From contig CBDBCR010000003.1 of assembly GCA_965203465.1 (NCBI GenBank), forward strand, positions 512,001-576,000: a stretch of DNA of 64,000 bases, given 5' to 3'. The notes under the pieces are model-generated. The model ran no database searches and was not told where the DNA came from. It saw only the letters and a list, made by a program, of their open reading frames with translations. Shown here in pieces: positions 45,446-55,521 of this stretch. A program made the position numbers and the translations under genes. Each line of letters starts with the position of its first letter. Position 1 is the first letter of the stretch. This DNA comes from Nitrosopumilaceae archaeon (GTDB taxonomy: Archaea; Thermoproteota; Nitrososphaeria; Nitrososphaerales; Nitrosopumilaceae).

Positions 45446-48400
45446 GTCGCCCTACCTGATATCTCGTCATAGTACGCCGGGGCCATCTTTCTCACTTCGC
45501 CGTAAAATCCGCGCAAGACCTTCCGGTTTTTCCAATCTGCCGCATCTGCTGCCAATAAGGATCGATCTTCGTCAAACTTGAAAGAATCCAATATACGACG
45601 ATAATCTTGCTTTGATAGTCCATATTCTTTAGCGACGAGTGCATCAAGTTTTGCACACACTTGTATTCTATCTGGTGGAGCGAGTACGGCATTCTTAATC
45701 CGGAGTGATTCTGCAAATGCATCAAACTCAGGTGAACCTACAGACAATCTTGCTGCAAGATTTGCAATTTCAGTATTGTGTGTTTTCGGAATAGGGGTAT
45801 TCTTGATAATGGTGGGAACGTCTAGCCGTATTTTTGAGCGCATAATAAAATCAAACGTCATAGAATTTAATACACCTGACAAATATGCGATGTTTTGGTT
45901 ATATTTATCAGTTAGTTCTACTTTGCCGTTATGTGTAATTATAATCGACTGCAGAGTATCTGTATGAAATGTGCGGGGCGGTATTATAGCCGCAATAGTA
46001 GTTCGTGTCACAGTAGACGTAGAAACACGATGAAATGTCAATTGATATGCATTGAAAAAATCCCTATAGTGTTTTTTGTACACTCGTTTGGACGACAGTC
46101 TTGCCAGTCCGTCTGATTCAGATACGGTAAACTTGTGTGTAGCAAAGTTACTGTCAAACTGCGATGTGTGTTTACCTTCCAAGACTGGGCGGCCATTACC
46201 ATCAGTCTTTAACAGATCAGCATCTTTCACTCTATGTAATCCACTAGCCAACCCAACATCCCAACCGTCGACGCCTAAACCAAGAGCGTTGTGCTTTGAG
46301 AGTTTTTCTAACAAAAGAGCAGTCTCGTGATTTACCTCTGTAATTATAAGATCGGTTGGAGATGTGTTTCGTATGCGCTGTTTTGAGCGCATAGTAAATT
46401 TTTCTTTTTCAGTTGCTTTGTTTTCCAGTGTCGCTAATTGGTGAAGGTAGAAGCCAGAAGGGATTTGGTCAGAGCCTTTTGTGTTTCTTATAGTTAAAAG
46501 TACAAATCGGAATTCGCGATGTATGGGGAAGATTTTGTGTTTGTTTTCATATACATAGATTTGGCGAATATCCAGTTCTAGACATTTTTTACGTAAATTT
46601 ACTGTACCAACACTTGTTAGAATTTGAGATGGAATCAATATAGAAATTAAACCGTTTTCAGATACTAAATTCAACATACGCTCAAGCATAATTTTCCATA
46701 TATCTCGATCTCCCACACTCTGTAGTTTGTAGGTTTTATAAAATGTGTTTCTATCATTAAAGGATTTTATGTATGTTTGGTATTCTTCCTTTATTTCTTT
46801 ACGTTCTGCGTAAATTTCCACAACACGTTTTTCTTTTTCTTTATGGGTGCTGAGACTAGCAAACACGGGATCATGTTGAATGAAAAACTCATCCATATAT
46901 GGTTTGACTTTATCCCATGGAGGATTTCCGATTACTAGATCAAATCCTTTCTTTTTATCAGTAAAAGCATCCATCATTTCTAGATCCCAATGGAAGAATG
47001 AATATTTATTTCTAAGTTCGTTGATCGTGTTTCGGATCCGATTTGTTGGCACATCGGGTTTTGTAGAACCTTCTGAAATTTTTCCCAAAGCTCTTGCGAA
47101 CAATTTGGGCGTCCGTTTAGGGAGCAAGCTTTTATCGATTACAAATGCAGTTAGTGCATCAAGCTCAGTTCTATGCGGAGTCATTCTTTTTTCATATTCT
47201 GCATATGCATCTTCACTAGAACGCACAGCATCGACCGTAACATCCGCATTGCGACTAATGTCTCCTAGAATAGATCCTGCTTTCTCAGTTTTCATATATA
47301 CATCCAGATCTGTGTCATGTTTTGACCCCATGTCGGATCGCCACATGCCAATCGTGGAGTCGCCATGCTTGATGTGATGGTTAAGATAAGTCAACGGAAC
47401 CCCTATGGCAAACGAGTCCAACCACAACGACAGTTTGCACAAATCTACGGCTAGAGGATTCAAATCAACGCCAAATATACAACGCTTCATAACGCGTCGT
47501 TTTAGCAACACATCGTCTGACAACAGAGACGGATTTATTGTAACTCCTCGGTTCTGTTGCTCTTGAACCACCAACCTGCGATCGTCGTCGATCTCAGCCA
47601 AGAGTGGATGTCCAGCATGTTTCTTCAACATCCGAGTAGCCCACTCAGTTATTCTGCTGAGCGCCTCAACTAAGAAATGTCCACTCCCCATAGCCGGATC
47701 CAGTACTTGTACATCAAGTAGCCTATCTGTGCAAACGCACCGGTTAGTTTCGCTAGGATTCTTGTGGTATGCTTCTAGATCTTCTGCGATGAGAACTTCA
47801 CGCTCGGCGAGTATGGGCTCTAGGCCCTGTCGCACCAAAAACCTAACCATTTCATCTGGCGTGTAGTAGCTAGCGGTAGATTTGCGTAGTGCTATGCCTC
47901 CTTTGGAAGCCAAGTATAGATCGTTCTTTTTGTATGAGTATGCGCCTGATTGCTTAGTCTTTATCTCACGGACTTTTCCATTATCTTCTAACAACATAAT
48001 GTCTTTCTTAGCCTGTCGAACTCCATACTCCATAAGCGTCTCGTAGACGCTACCCAAATGCCGCACGTTTAAACTGGCATAATCGATAGCAGATCCATCC
48101 CTCTCCAATAATCCACGCAACGCTCGCACTATGTGTTCGTTCCTGACACAGCGGTTGTCGATCTGCGGCATGTTCCTAAATAGGTCGCCACCATACTGCG
48201 GCAGATTATGTTCCTTGCTACCACACCTGATCCCACGGAAAAGATTTAGAAGTTTATTCCAGCAATCCATATCATCCGGCCTAGACTCGGAATCGTCTAG
48301 ACTGTTTCGGATTGCCTGTAGAGATATTGGTCGGTACTTTTCATCTTTGGCAGGTAACAAATTCCTAGACTCGGCGTACAAAATAAACCAGATACGGTAC

Positions 48401-49443
48401 ATTATGGCGAGTGCTGCTCTTCGACCTGCCTCCAACTCTGCGGCCGAAAACGTCTTTTTCATGTCGTGATCCAATATGCCCTTTACGATATCCAGGAAAG
48501 TGCCGTTAGCACTCATTATTCGCGAAGCCATATTGTCTTCTAAATCTCTCGCGTATTCCCTACTGTTTGCGAAGAATGCTTCAATGTCGCGCCTTCCTTC
48601 TACCACTGCGTACGCGCTTGATCCAAATATTGCTGCAAGGTACTTTGCAGCAGATTTCCTGTTCGGATCCAAGAAAGCGGCAAAATAGTTGGTGGTAGAT
48701 GCAGACATCTTGGTGGAGTACAGGCGCCAGTCCGTGCCGTTGGTCAGTATCGACCACGTGCTATGTTTTAGCGCATCGACTGCCAAGTAGCTCGGTGCCA
48801 CCTCGGTGTCGCTCTTGCGCACGTTGAGATCGTCACGCGGAGTAACCGTTATGGATACCGTGTCGTCTATCTTTTGCGTACCGTGTTCGGGTTTTATATT
48901 CCAGCCCAGTTTCTTTAGTGCATCCCACACATTCCCAGCTGCCAAGACGCTTTCAGCGACCTTGTTTGCGTCCATCCTAGTATCATTCCATATGCGCTCT
49001 TTCAGGTAGTGGTTCTCGAAGAGACCTCGATTGTCAAAGTCCTTGGTAGCCGTCTGGAGTGCATGGATTGCTTCCTTCATGGCCACCAGCGCCCTAATCT
49101 TGGTAGTAGCGGTAGCAAAACCACAGGATGACAGAACAGCGGCGACGCGCTCGCGCTCGATGCTAGATCCGACTCTTGCGGTATCCGACAGTTTGGCTGC
49201 TTTTAACACGATTGTGTTATGAGGTGACACCAAGATGATGCACTCGGGAATGCCACGCACCGCTTTCTTGACTTCAGATATATTCTTTGGACCCTTTTCG
49301 ATCAGTATTACGGGAATGGGTGGTTTCTTGGAGCCGGCCCGCCTAAAGCCGTACGAGACCCACGTTTCGTGCAGATCGGTTTCGTGCCGATCGTCCGGGT
49401 TTACCCCCACGGCGGCCAGCAGTCCGGCCTCCGAGTGGGTCAA
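45442..49443 (-). CDS. Eco57I/type IIG-like N6-adenine DNA methyltransferase with TRD
   Basis: ILTNGTDWRLY, RKSTASYYTP, VLDPAMGSGHFL, IFGVDLNP, FFHWDLE and GFDLVIGNPPW motifs; TTG start. Confidence 0.92.
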
Positions 49444-49597
49444 AGCCCAAGGGCCGGCTGGCCAAGATCAGTACCTGAGTAATAGGTAGAACGAGGTAGA
49501 ACGAGGTAGAACGAGGTAGAACGAGGTAGAACGAGGTTTCACTCGTCAGTAGGGAGCCTTGTTCAGAGGTGATTTTGTGGTTTGGGTGTAGGGCCAT
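49343..49597 (-). other. Leader ORF (84 aa as assembled) running through the 10-bp tandem repeat and overlapping the methylase start out of frame
   Basis: ATG 49597 lies 26-33 nt below TATAAAAA (49630-49623); translation shows the repeat as TSFYLVLPRSTSFYLVLP. Confidence 0.55.
49484..49537. repeat. 10-bp tandem repeat (ACGAGGTAGA) x5.4
   Basis: AGGTAGA (ACGAGGTAGA)4 ACGAGGT, perfect copies. Confidence 0.97.
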
Positions 49598-49622
49598 TGT
49601 TACTTGGGCCTGAATTCGGTCT

Positions 49623-49630
49623 TTTTTATA
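49623..49630 (-). promoter_or_regulatory. TATA box for the leader-methylase-helicase transcript
   Basis: TATAAAAA on the minus strand at canonical distance from ATG 49597. Confidence 0.65.
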
Positions 49631-49743
49631 GATTGATGTGTGCCCTATCGAAATCCGGCCAATGGCGCCAAGCCGTCAACGAGTTCATGTCACGGTACTG
49701 TAGCACTGCCGTGCAAGGATCCGCCCCCCACCCCCGGGCCAAA

Positions 49744-49778
49744 GTTAGCCCAGGCTAACAAATTTAGCCCATGCTAAC
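49744..49778. promoter_or_regulatory. Tandem DtxR/MntR-like palindromic operators abutting the MCO-ZIP TATA box
   Basis: GTTAG CCCAGG CTAAC (49744-59) and TTTAG CCCATG CTAAC (49763-78), followed directly by TTTTAATA (49779-86). Confidence 0.7.
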
Positions 49779-49808
49779 TTTTAATACGGCGCCGCGGGGC
49801 CAAAATCC

Positions 49809-50819
49809 GTGAGGTCGAAGGTAGGGCTGGCGGTGCTGGCCCTCTCGTGCGCCCTGGCGCTGTACGTGGCGATACCCGAGGCTATCGACGCGCAGCGCGA
49901 AAAGACGACGTTCGTGACTCACTCGGGCAGGGTGGTTTCCACGTCCGGCGATATACTCGATCCGCTCTACTCTGCGCAGACAGTCGAGTTCGACCCCATG
50001 GAGTACCTGCGCGAGTTCGACTACGGCGAGGTCTCGCAGCTGCCCGACGGGCGCACCCTGCGCGAGTACCGCATAACGGCAGAGGACGACCGGATCATGG
50101 AGATCTCGCCGGGCGTCTATTACAACGTCTGGACGTACAACGGGGCGGTGCCGGGCCCGACCATACGCGCCACCGAGGGCGACGTGGTGCGGGTGCACTT
50201 TGTCAACGAGGGATCGAAAGAGCACACCATCCACTTCCACGGCACGCACCCGGCCGCCATGGACGGCGTCTTCGAGGTCGTCGGCGGCGGAGGGGGCCGC
50301 TTCACCTACGAGTTCGAGGCAGGGCCGGTCGGCGTGCACCCGTACCACTGCCACGTCATGCCCCTCGAGGAGCACATCATACACGGCCTGTACGGCATGT
50401 TCATCGTGGACCCCAAGGAGGGCAGGGCGCCGGCAGACGAGATGGTCATGGTACTGAACGGCTTCGACACCGACTTTGACGCAGAGAACAACCTGTACGC
50501 GGCCAACACCGTCCCGTTCTACTACCAGCACCACCCCATCGAGATAGAAAAGGATCGGCTGATCAGGATATACGTGGCCAACATGGTAGAGTTCGATCCC
50601 ATAAACAACTTCCACCTGCACGGCAACCTGTACCACTATTACCCGACCGGCACCGACACCGTCCCGTCCGAGTTCACCGACATGATAACCCTTTCGCAGA
50701 CCGAGCGCGGCATAATGGAGTTTTCGTACGAGCACCCCGGCAGATACCTCTTCCACGCCCACAAGGTGGAGTTTTCGGAAAAAGGGTGGGTGGGCCTGTT
50801 CCTGGTAAGGGAGACATGA
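49809..50819 (+). CDS. Two-domain multicopper oxidase (AOA MCO type)
   Basis: N-terminal signal/TM segment, WTYNGAVPGPTIRA, HTIHFHG, YHCHVMPLEEHI..GLYG, NFHLHG, YLFHAH; ATGA overlap with the ZIP gene. Confidence 0.9.
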   Translation: MRSKVGLAVLALSCALALYVAIPEAIDAQREKTTFVTHSGRVVSTSGDILDPLYSAQTVEFDPMEYLREFDYGEVSQLPDGRTLREYRITAEDDRIMEISPGVYYNVWTYNGAVPGPTIRATEGDVVRVHFVNEGSKEHTIHFHGTHPAAMDGVFEVVGGGGGRFTYEFEAGPVGVHPYHCHVMPLEEHIIHGLYGMFIVDPKEGRAPADEMVMVLNGFDTDFDAENNLYAANTVPFYYQHHPIEIEKDRLIRIYVANMVEFDPINNFHLHGNLYHYYPTGTDTVPSEFTDMITLSQTERGIMEFSYEHPGRYLFHAHKVEFSEKGWVGLFLVRET

Positions 50820-51949
50820 GGGCGCGCACCGCGGCGGCCGGCGCGGCCCCGCTGGCGCTGGTGGTGCTGCTGATGGCCTACGTGCTCGGGCCCGGCGCGC
50901 AGGTGCTCCAGTCGGGCGTGCCGCTGCCCGAGCTTTCCATAGAGAGGGTGGAGTTTTCCGGCACGGAGGTGCTCGCCACGGTCCGCAACACCGGGCCCGA
51001 GCCGGTCCGGATAGTCATGGCCGACGTCAACGACCGCATCCAGCCGGCCGCCGTGGAGCCGGACGGAGATTTGGGCAGGCTCGAGGCGGCCCTGGTCAGG
51101 ATACCGTTCGAGTGGAACGAGGGCGAGCCCTACCAGATCGGCATAACGGTCTCGGACGGCACGCGCTTTTCCAGGGACATCGGCTCGGCTGCCCCCTCGC
51201 CGGGCCCCGGCCTCGCCGGCCTACTGGCTCTGGTCGGCGCGTACGTGGGCATCGTCCCCGTGATGATAGGGCTGCTCTGGCTGCCGTTCATGCGCAGGAC
51301 CTCGCAGGCGTGGCAGGTCTTTTTCCTCTCGCTGACCGCCGGCCTGCTGCTCTTTCTGGGGCTCGATTCTATAGAAGAATCCCTCGGCATATCCGCAGAG
51401 TGGCTGGCGCCCGCGTTCAACGGGGTGATGCTGGTGGCAGTCTCGGTGTCGGTCTCGTTCGCCGCCCTCCACTACGCGGGCGCGCGCGCGTCGGCCGGCG
51501 GCAGGGGCCCGGCCGCGGCAGCCCTCATGCTGGCGGGCAGCATAGGCCTGCACAACATGGGCGAGGGCCTCGCCATAGGCGGGGCCCTGGGCATGGGCGC
51601 CGTCGCGTTCGGGGCCTTTTTGGTGGCAGGCTTTGCCCTCCACAACGTCACCGAGGGCGTGGCCATCGCGGCCGCGTCCCTGCGCGCGCGGACCGGAACA
51701 ATTCGGCTGGTGCTGCTCGGCCTGCTCGCCGGCGTGCCTGCCATACCGGGGGCCTGGGCCGGCGGGTTCGCCTACTGGCCGCTGGCCTCGGTGGTGTTTT
51801 TGTCGGTCGGGGCCGGCGCTGCCCTGCAGGTGGCAGTCATCGTGGCAAGGCAGCTCCGCTCGCAGGGGTCGCTCTCGTCGGCGCCGGCCGCGGCGGGTTT
51901 CGCCTCTGGCATGGTCGTAATGTACGCCACGGGCCTGCTGGCAGGCTAG
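50816..51949 (+). CDS. ZIP-family divalent metal transporter with N-terminal soluble domain
   Basis: IGLHNMGEGLAIG and FALHNVTEGVAI motifs; multiple TM helices. Confidence 0.9.
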   Translation: MRARTAAAGAAPLALVVLLMAYVLGPGAQVLQSGVPLPELSIERVEFSGTEVLATVRNTGPEPVRIVMADVNDRIQPAAVEPDGDLGRLEAALVRIPFEWNEGEPYQIGITVSDGTRFSRDIGSAAPSPGPGLAGLLALVGAYVGIVPVMIGLLWLPFMRRTSQAWQVFFLSLTAGLLLFLGLDSIEESLGISAEWLAPAFNGVMLVAVSVSVSFAALHYAGARASAGGRGPAAAALMLAGSIGLHNMGEGLAIGGALGMGAVAFGAFLVAGFALHNVTEGVAIAAASLRARTGTIRLVLLGLLAGVPAIPGAWAGGFAYWPLASVVFLSVGAGAALQVAVIVARQLRSQGSLSSAPAAAGFASGMVVMYATGLLAG

Positions 51950-53286
51950 CCCGGCTCCGGGTGTATCGTCACCACCGAGCCGGGGAACATCGAGCGCAGC
52001 CTGCCCTCCAGATCTGACATGGCGTCGTGGACCTCGGACAGCGGCATCGATCCCCGGAACGAGCACGTCATGTCCACCTTTAGCGCCCCGCCCATCCGCA
52101 GGCAGACCACGCGCCCCACGCCGAGCACCGCCGGGTGGCCCCCGGCGGCCCTGCGTATCTGCGGCTCCGAATCCGAGGCCTCGGCCATGCCCTCCGGTAT
52201 CCGCACGTACGGCTCCAGGTGGACGGTTATCCGGTCGATGCCGCCCACGCTCCCCAATACCCGACGCTCGACCGCGTCTGATATCCGGTGCGCCGCCTCC
52301 AGGTCCTTGGAGCCGTCCACCATGACGTGCAGGTTGGCAAGCACCGCCGGCCCGGCCCTGTACACCGAGGCGTTGTGCACGCCGAGCACCCCGTCGACTC
52401 CGAGCGCGGCGCGCTCGAGCAGCTCGCCTGCCGGCACGCCCTCCCAGGCCGGCTCGAAATGCACGGTGACCGAGGCGCCCGGCACGCGCGAGGCTATCGA
52501 TTCTGCGACCGCGTCGCCGATCTCGTGCGCTTTTTCGAAACTCTCGCTGCCGCGCACCGAGACGGTCGCGTCGACGAAGACGGCCTCGCCGGAGCGGCGC
52601 ATCAGTATCCGGCCGGCCCCCGATACGCCCGGCGTCGAGAGCGCCGCCGCGCGCGCCCGGGCCACCAGCTCCGGCGGTATCGCGTCGGTCAGTTCCAGGG
52701 CCGCCCTCCGCACGAGCGAGACGCTCAGGGCGGCCAGCAGGCCCGAGAGCACCAGCGCGGCCGCAGAGTCGGCGCCGGCCACGCCCGACGATGCAAGCGC
52801 CACGCCGGCCACGGCAAGGCCCGTCGAGCCCAGATCCGCCGCCGCGTGGTAAAAGTCGGCCCGCACGGCGGGGCTGCCCGCGTGCCGGCGCAGCAAGACC
52901 ATGCGGAAGACGTCCACGCACATGGCGTACCCGCCGCCTGCAAGGCCCAGCAGGCCGACCGGCGCGGGCGGTCCGCGCAGGCCCGAAAGGGCCCCGTAGG
53001 CGAAGAACGCGGCGGCTGCCAGCAGCGCCAGCCCCCCGAACAGGGAGCCGAGCGACTCCATCTTGCCGTGCCCGTAGGTGTGCTCGGCGTCGGGCGGCCG
53101 GGCGGCCAGCTTCACGGCCAGCAGCAGCATGAGCGTGACGAACGCGTCGAGCAGGGCGTGGGCGCTGTCGGTTATCAGGGCCAGGCTGCCCGAAAGGAGG
53201 CCGAATACGAGCTCTACGGCAAATGCCGAGATTATGGCCAGAAACGAGATCTTTAGCACCTTGGAGCGGCCGGAGAGCGCGGGCAA
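51946..53286 (-). CDS. Cation diffusion facilitator (CDF) transporter with repeated C-terminal domains
   Basis: SLALITDSAHALLD, HTYGHGKMESL and ADFYHAAAD motifs; three (V/I)T(V/I)HxEP domains. Confidence 0.92.
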   Translation of the reverse strand: MPALSGRSKVLKISFLAIISAFAVELVFGLLSGSLALITDSAHALLDAFVTLMLLLAVKLAARPPDAEHTYGHGKMESLGSLFGGLALLAAAAFFAYGALSGLRGPPAPVGLLGLAGGGYAMCVDVFRMVLLRRHAGSPAVRADFYHAAADLGSTGLAVAGVALASSGVAGADSAAALVLSGLLAALSVSLVRRAALELTDAIPPELVARARAAALSTPGVSGAGRILMRRSGEAVFVDATVSVRGSESFEKAHEIGDAVAESIASRVPGASVTVHFEPAWEGVPAGELLERAALGVDGVLGVHNASVYRAGPAVLANLHVMVDGSKDLEAAHRISDAVERRVLGSVGGIDRITVHLEPYVRIPEGMAEASDSEPQIRRAAGGHPAVLGVGRVVCLRMGGALKVDMTCSFRGSMPLSEVHDAMSDLEGRLRSMFPGSVVTIHPEPG

Positions 53287-53348
53287 CCCGCGCCCGGGGG
53301 CGCGGCTGATATTTAAGACATAAATACTCGCATGGGGAGGCCGGCCTG

Positions 53349-54842
53349 ATGAAGGCTCTGGCGGTCGCGGCGTTTGCGGCGGCCCTCGTGCTCGCCGCCG
53401 GGCTCGCCCAGGAATCCCACGCCCAGAACTGCCGGGCCGGCGAGGTCATGTCAGGCGGGCAGTGCGTGCCGGCCGTCAGGGAAAGCGCCAACACGATGAA
53501 CCTCTCCGTCGAAAAGACCGTAAAGGACGCCGACGCGTGCGCGTCCGGCGACGAGGGCGCAAAGTGCCGCCAGTCTGCAGCAGAGACGGACAGGATATTC
53601 GACGACGGCGACGTCATTGTGCTGAAAGGGACCGTCAGCTCGTTCACCGAAAAGAGCGCGGTGACTGTCATAATACGCGACCCAGCCGGCAACATCGCCC
53701 ACTTTGCCCAGGCAAACCCCGTAAAGTCCACCACCGCCAACATCGGCACCGACACCAATCCGCGGTCGATACCCGGCGCGTTCGAGATCACCGTAAAGCC
53801 CATAGGTCCCAAATGGAAGGCCGAGGGAGACTACAAGGTCAGCGCCTCGTACGGCACCGACAAGTCCGAGATCACGTTTGCGTTCACCGGCAGCGACGTA
53901 GGCGGCGCCTCCAACTTGGGCGAGGTTGTTCCCCCCGCTGACGGCGGCGAAAACGGCGACGACGGCACCGATCCCCCGCCCCCGGCCGTGGAGGAAAAGC
54001 TCGTCGTAAAGGAGGTTCTAGCCGACGGCATGTACGTCATATCCGAAGAGCAGCTGGACTTGGTTCCGGCCACCTCGATACGCGGCCTTGCCGATAACGG
54101 CACCGACTACAAGGTGGATCCGAAGGCGCTCGGCCTTGCCGACGACAGGATAGAGGTTCCGCCGCCAAAGCCGGTCCTCGAAAAGCTCGCCGTAAAGGAG
54201 GTCTTGGACGACGGCTCTTACGTGGTCTCCGCCGATCAGCTGGGCCTCATCGATCCCACCTCCATACTCGGCCCGGCGGCCGACGGCGCCGATTTCAAGG
54301 TGGATCCGGCAAAGACGGGCCTGTCGGCCGACAGGGTGACGCTTCCCCCGCCAAAGCCAGTTGTTACTACGCCCCCCGAGCCCGAAAAGCCGGAGATGCC
54401 CGAAAAGCCGGTGTGCGGAGAGGGCACGGTGGCCGACGCGGACGGCGTCTGCCAGCTGATACAGCAGGACAACAGGTCCGGCTGCCTCGTGGCCACGGCG
54501 GCCTACGGCAGCGAATTCGCCCCGCAGGTGCAGGCCCTGCGCGAGGTGCGCGACGGCACGCTGTACTCGACCGAGGCGGGCGCCTCGTTCATGTCCGGCT
54601 TTAACGAGATATACTATGCGTTCTCGCCGGCCGTGGCCGACCTAGAGAGGGAGCACCCGCTCTTCAAGGAGGCCGTGCGCCTGGCGCTCTCCCCGATGCT
54701 CGCCTCGCTGGGCATAATGTCGCTAGCGGAGCCCGGCTCGGAGCAGCAGGTCCTCGGGTACGGCCTCGCCGTCATAGCCCTCAACCTGGGCATGTACGTC
54801 GGGGTTCCTGCCGGCGCCGTGGCGGCCGCGCGCAGGCGCTGA
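53349..54842 (+). CDS. Surface protein with CFI-box-CTERM sorting domain and a duplicated ~60-aa internal repeat
   Basis: Signal peptide; CGEGT..DGVCQ; GCLVATAAYGSEFAPQVQALREVRD..FMSGFNEIYYAFSP; C-terminal TM helix. Confidence 0.88.
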   Translation: MKALAVAAFAAALVLAAGLAQESHAQNCRAGEVMSGGQCVPAVRESANTMNLSVEKTVKDADACASGDEGAKCRQSAAETDRIFDDGDVIVLKGTVSSFTEKSAVTVIIRDPAGNIAHFAQANPVKSTTANIGTDTNPRSIPGAFEITVKPIGPKWKAEGDYKVSASYGTDKSEITFAFTGSDVGGASNLGEVVPPADGGENGDDGTDPPPPAVEEKLVVKEVLADGMYVISEEQLDLVPATSIRGLADNGTDYKVDPKALGLADDRIEVPPPKPVLEKLAVKEVLDDGSYVVSADQLGLIDPTSILGPAADGADFKVDPAKTGLSADRVTLPPPKPVVTTPPEPEKPEMPEKPVCGEGTVADADGVCQLIQQDNRSGCLVATAAYGSEFAPQVQALREVRDGTLYSTEAGASFMSGFNEIYYAFSPAVADLEREHPLFKEAVRLALSPMLASLGIMSLAEPGSEQQVLGYGLAVIALNLGMYVGVPAGAVAAARRR

Positions 54843-55200
54843 GCGGTTTTAGCGGGCCCGCATTTGCAGTTTGCGATTCTCCGGCCGGGTCGATGTACAG
54901 GGGCAGCGAATGGCGCGCAAGAAGCGAGTCACCGGACGGCTCGGATCTGCCAGGGCGCTGTAAAGAACGCCCGGGCCGGCGCGCGGCCGTTCGGCCGGAG
55001 CCCGCGGGAATACGCCCCCGGCGGGCCCTAGCCTGCCGCTGGGGCCCGCGCCCGCGGCTTTGTTCGGCAATTCGTATTTTCGTGCCTGCGCAGTAGCCGG
55101 ATCGGCCAAAAAACGGCTCCGTTCAGGCACGGATCGCGGAATTACCGAACAAAGCCGCGCCCGCGCCATGTTATTATACGGGGGGCCCCGCAGAAAGGCC

Positions 55201-55521
55201 GTGAAGGTAGAGTACGAAGAGTTTGAGAACGTGCAGGACTTGTTCGCGTACCTTGCCGCCGTGGCGCCCCCCATGAAGAACACGTTCCCGGTCAACGCGT
55301 ACAAGGGCCACGTCTCGTCCATCGTGCCGCTCGGCTCGAGCGCCGAGGTGTACCTGATGTTCTTCGCAAAGGGCTCGCTGGAGCCGGGCGTCTACGAGTT
55401 CGACATCAGTAGCATGGAGTACAGAAAGGTCGATGCCGTGGAGCGCGCAGACAAGACCTACTTTGTGTGCGTGGCCCCAAAGCGCAACACCATTGCCGAC
55501 GAGGCCATGGCAAAGATCTAG
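55201..55521 (+). CDS. Hypothetical protein
   Basis: GTG start with TTATTATA upstream; GC3-rich coding bias; MKVEYEEFENVQDLF.. Confidence 0.75.
   Translation: MKVEYEEFENVQDLFAYLAAVAPPMKNTFPVNAYKGHVSSIVPLGSSAEVYLMFFAKGSLEPGVYEFDISSMEYRKVDAVERADKTYFVCVAPKRNTIADEAMAKI

Noticed and set aside
49484-49537. Possible CRISPR array (also considered for 57339-57369)
   Set aside because: Head-to-tail 10-bp units with no spacers, and no cas genes in the window.
49444-49597. Leader as an in-frame N-terminal extension of the methylase (classic frameshift phase variation)
   Set aside because: The methylase frame has TGA at 49470-49468, so no repeat number gives a fusion; coupling fits better.
49809-50819. 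Calling the multicopper protein nirK
   Set aside because: HxH motifs in both domains and coupling to a ZIP transporter fit a two-domain MCO better.
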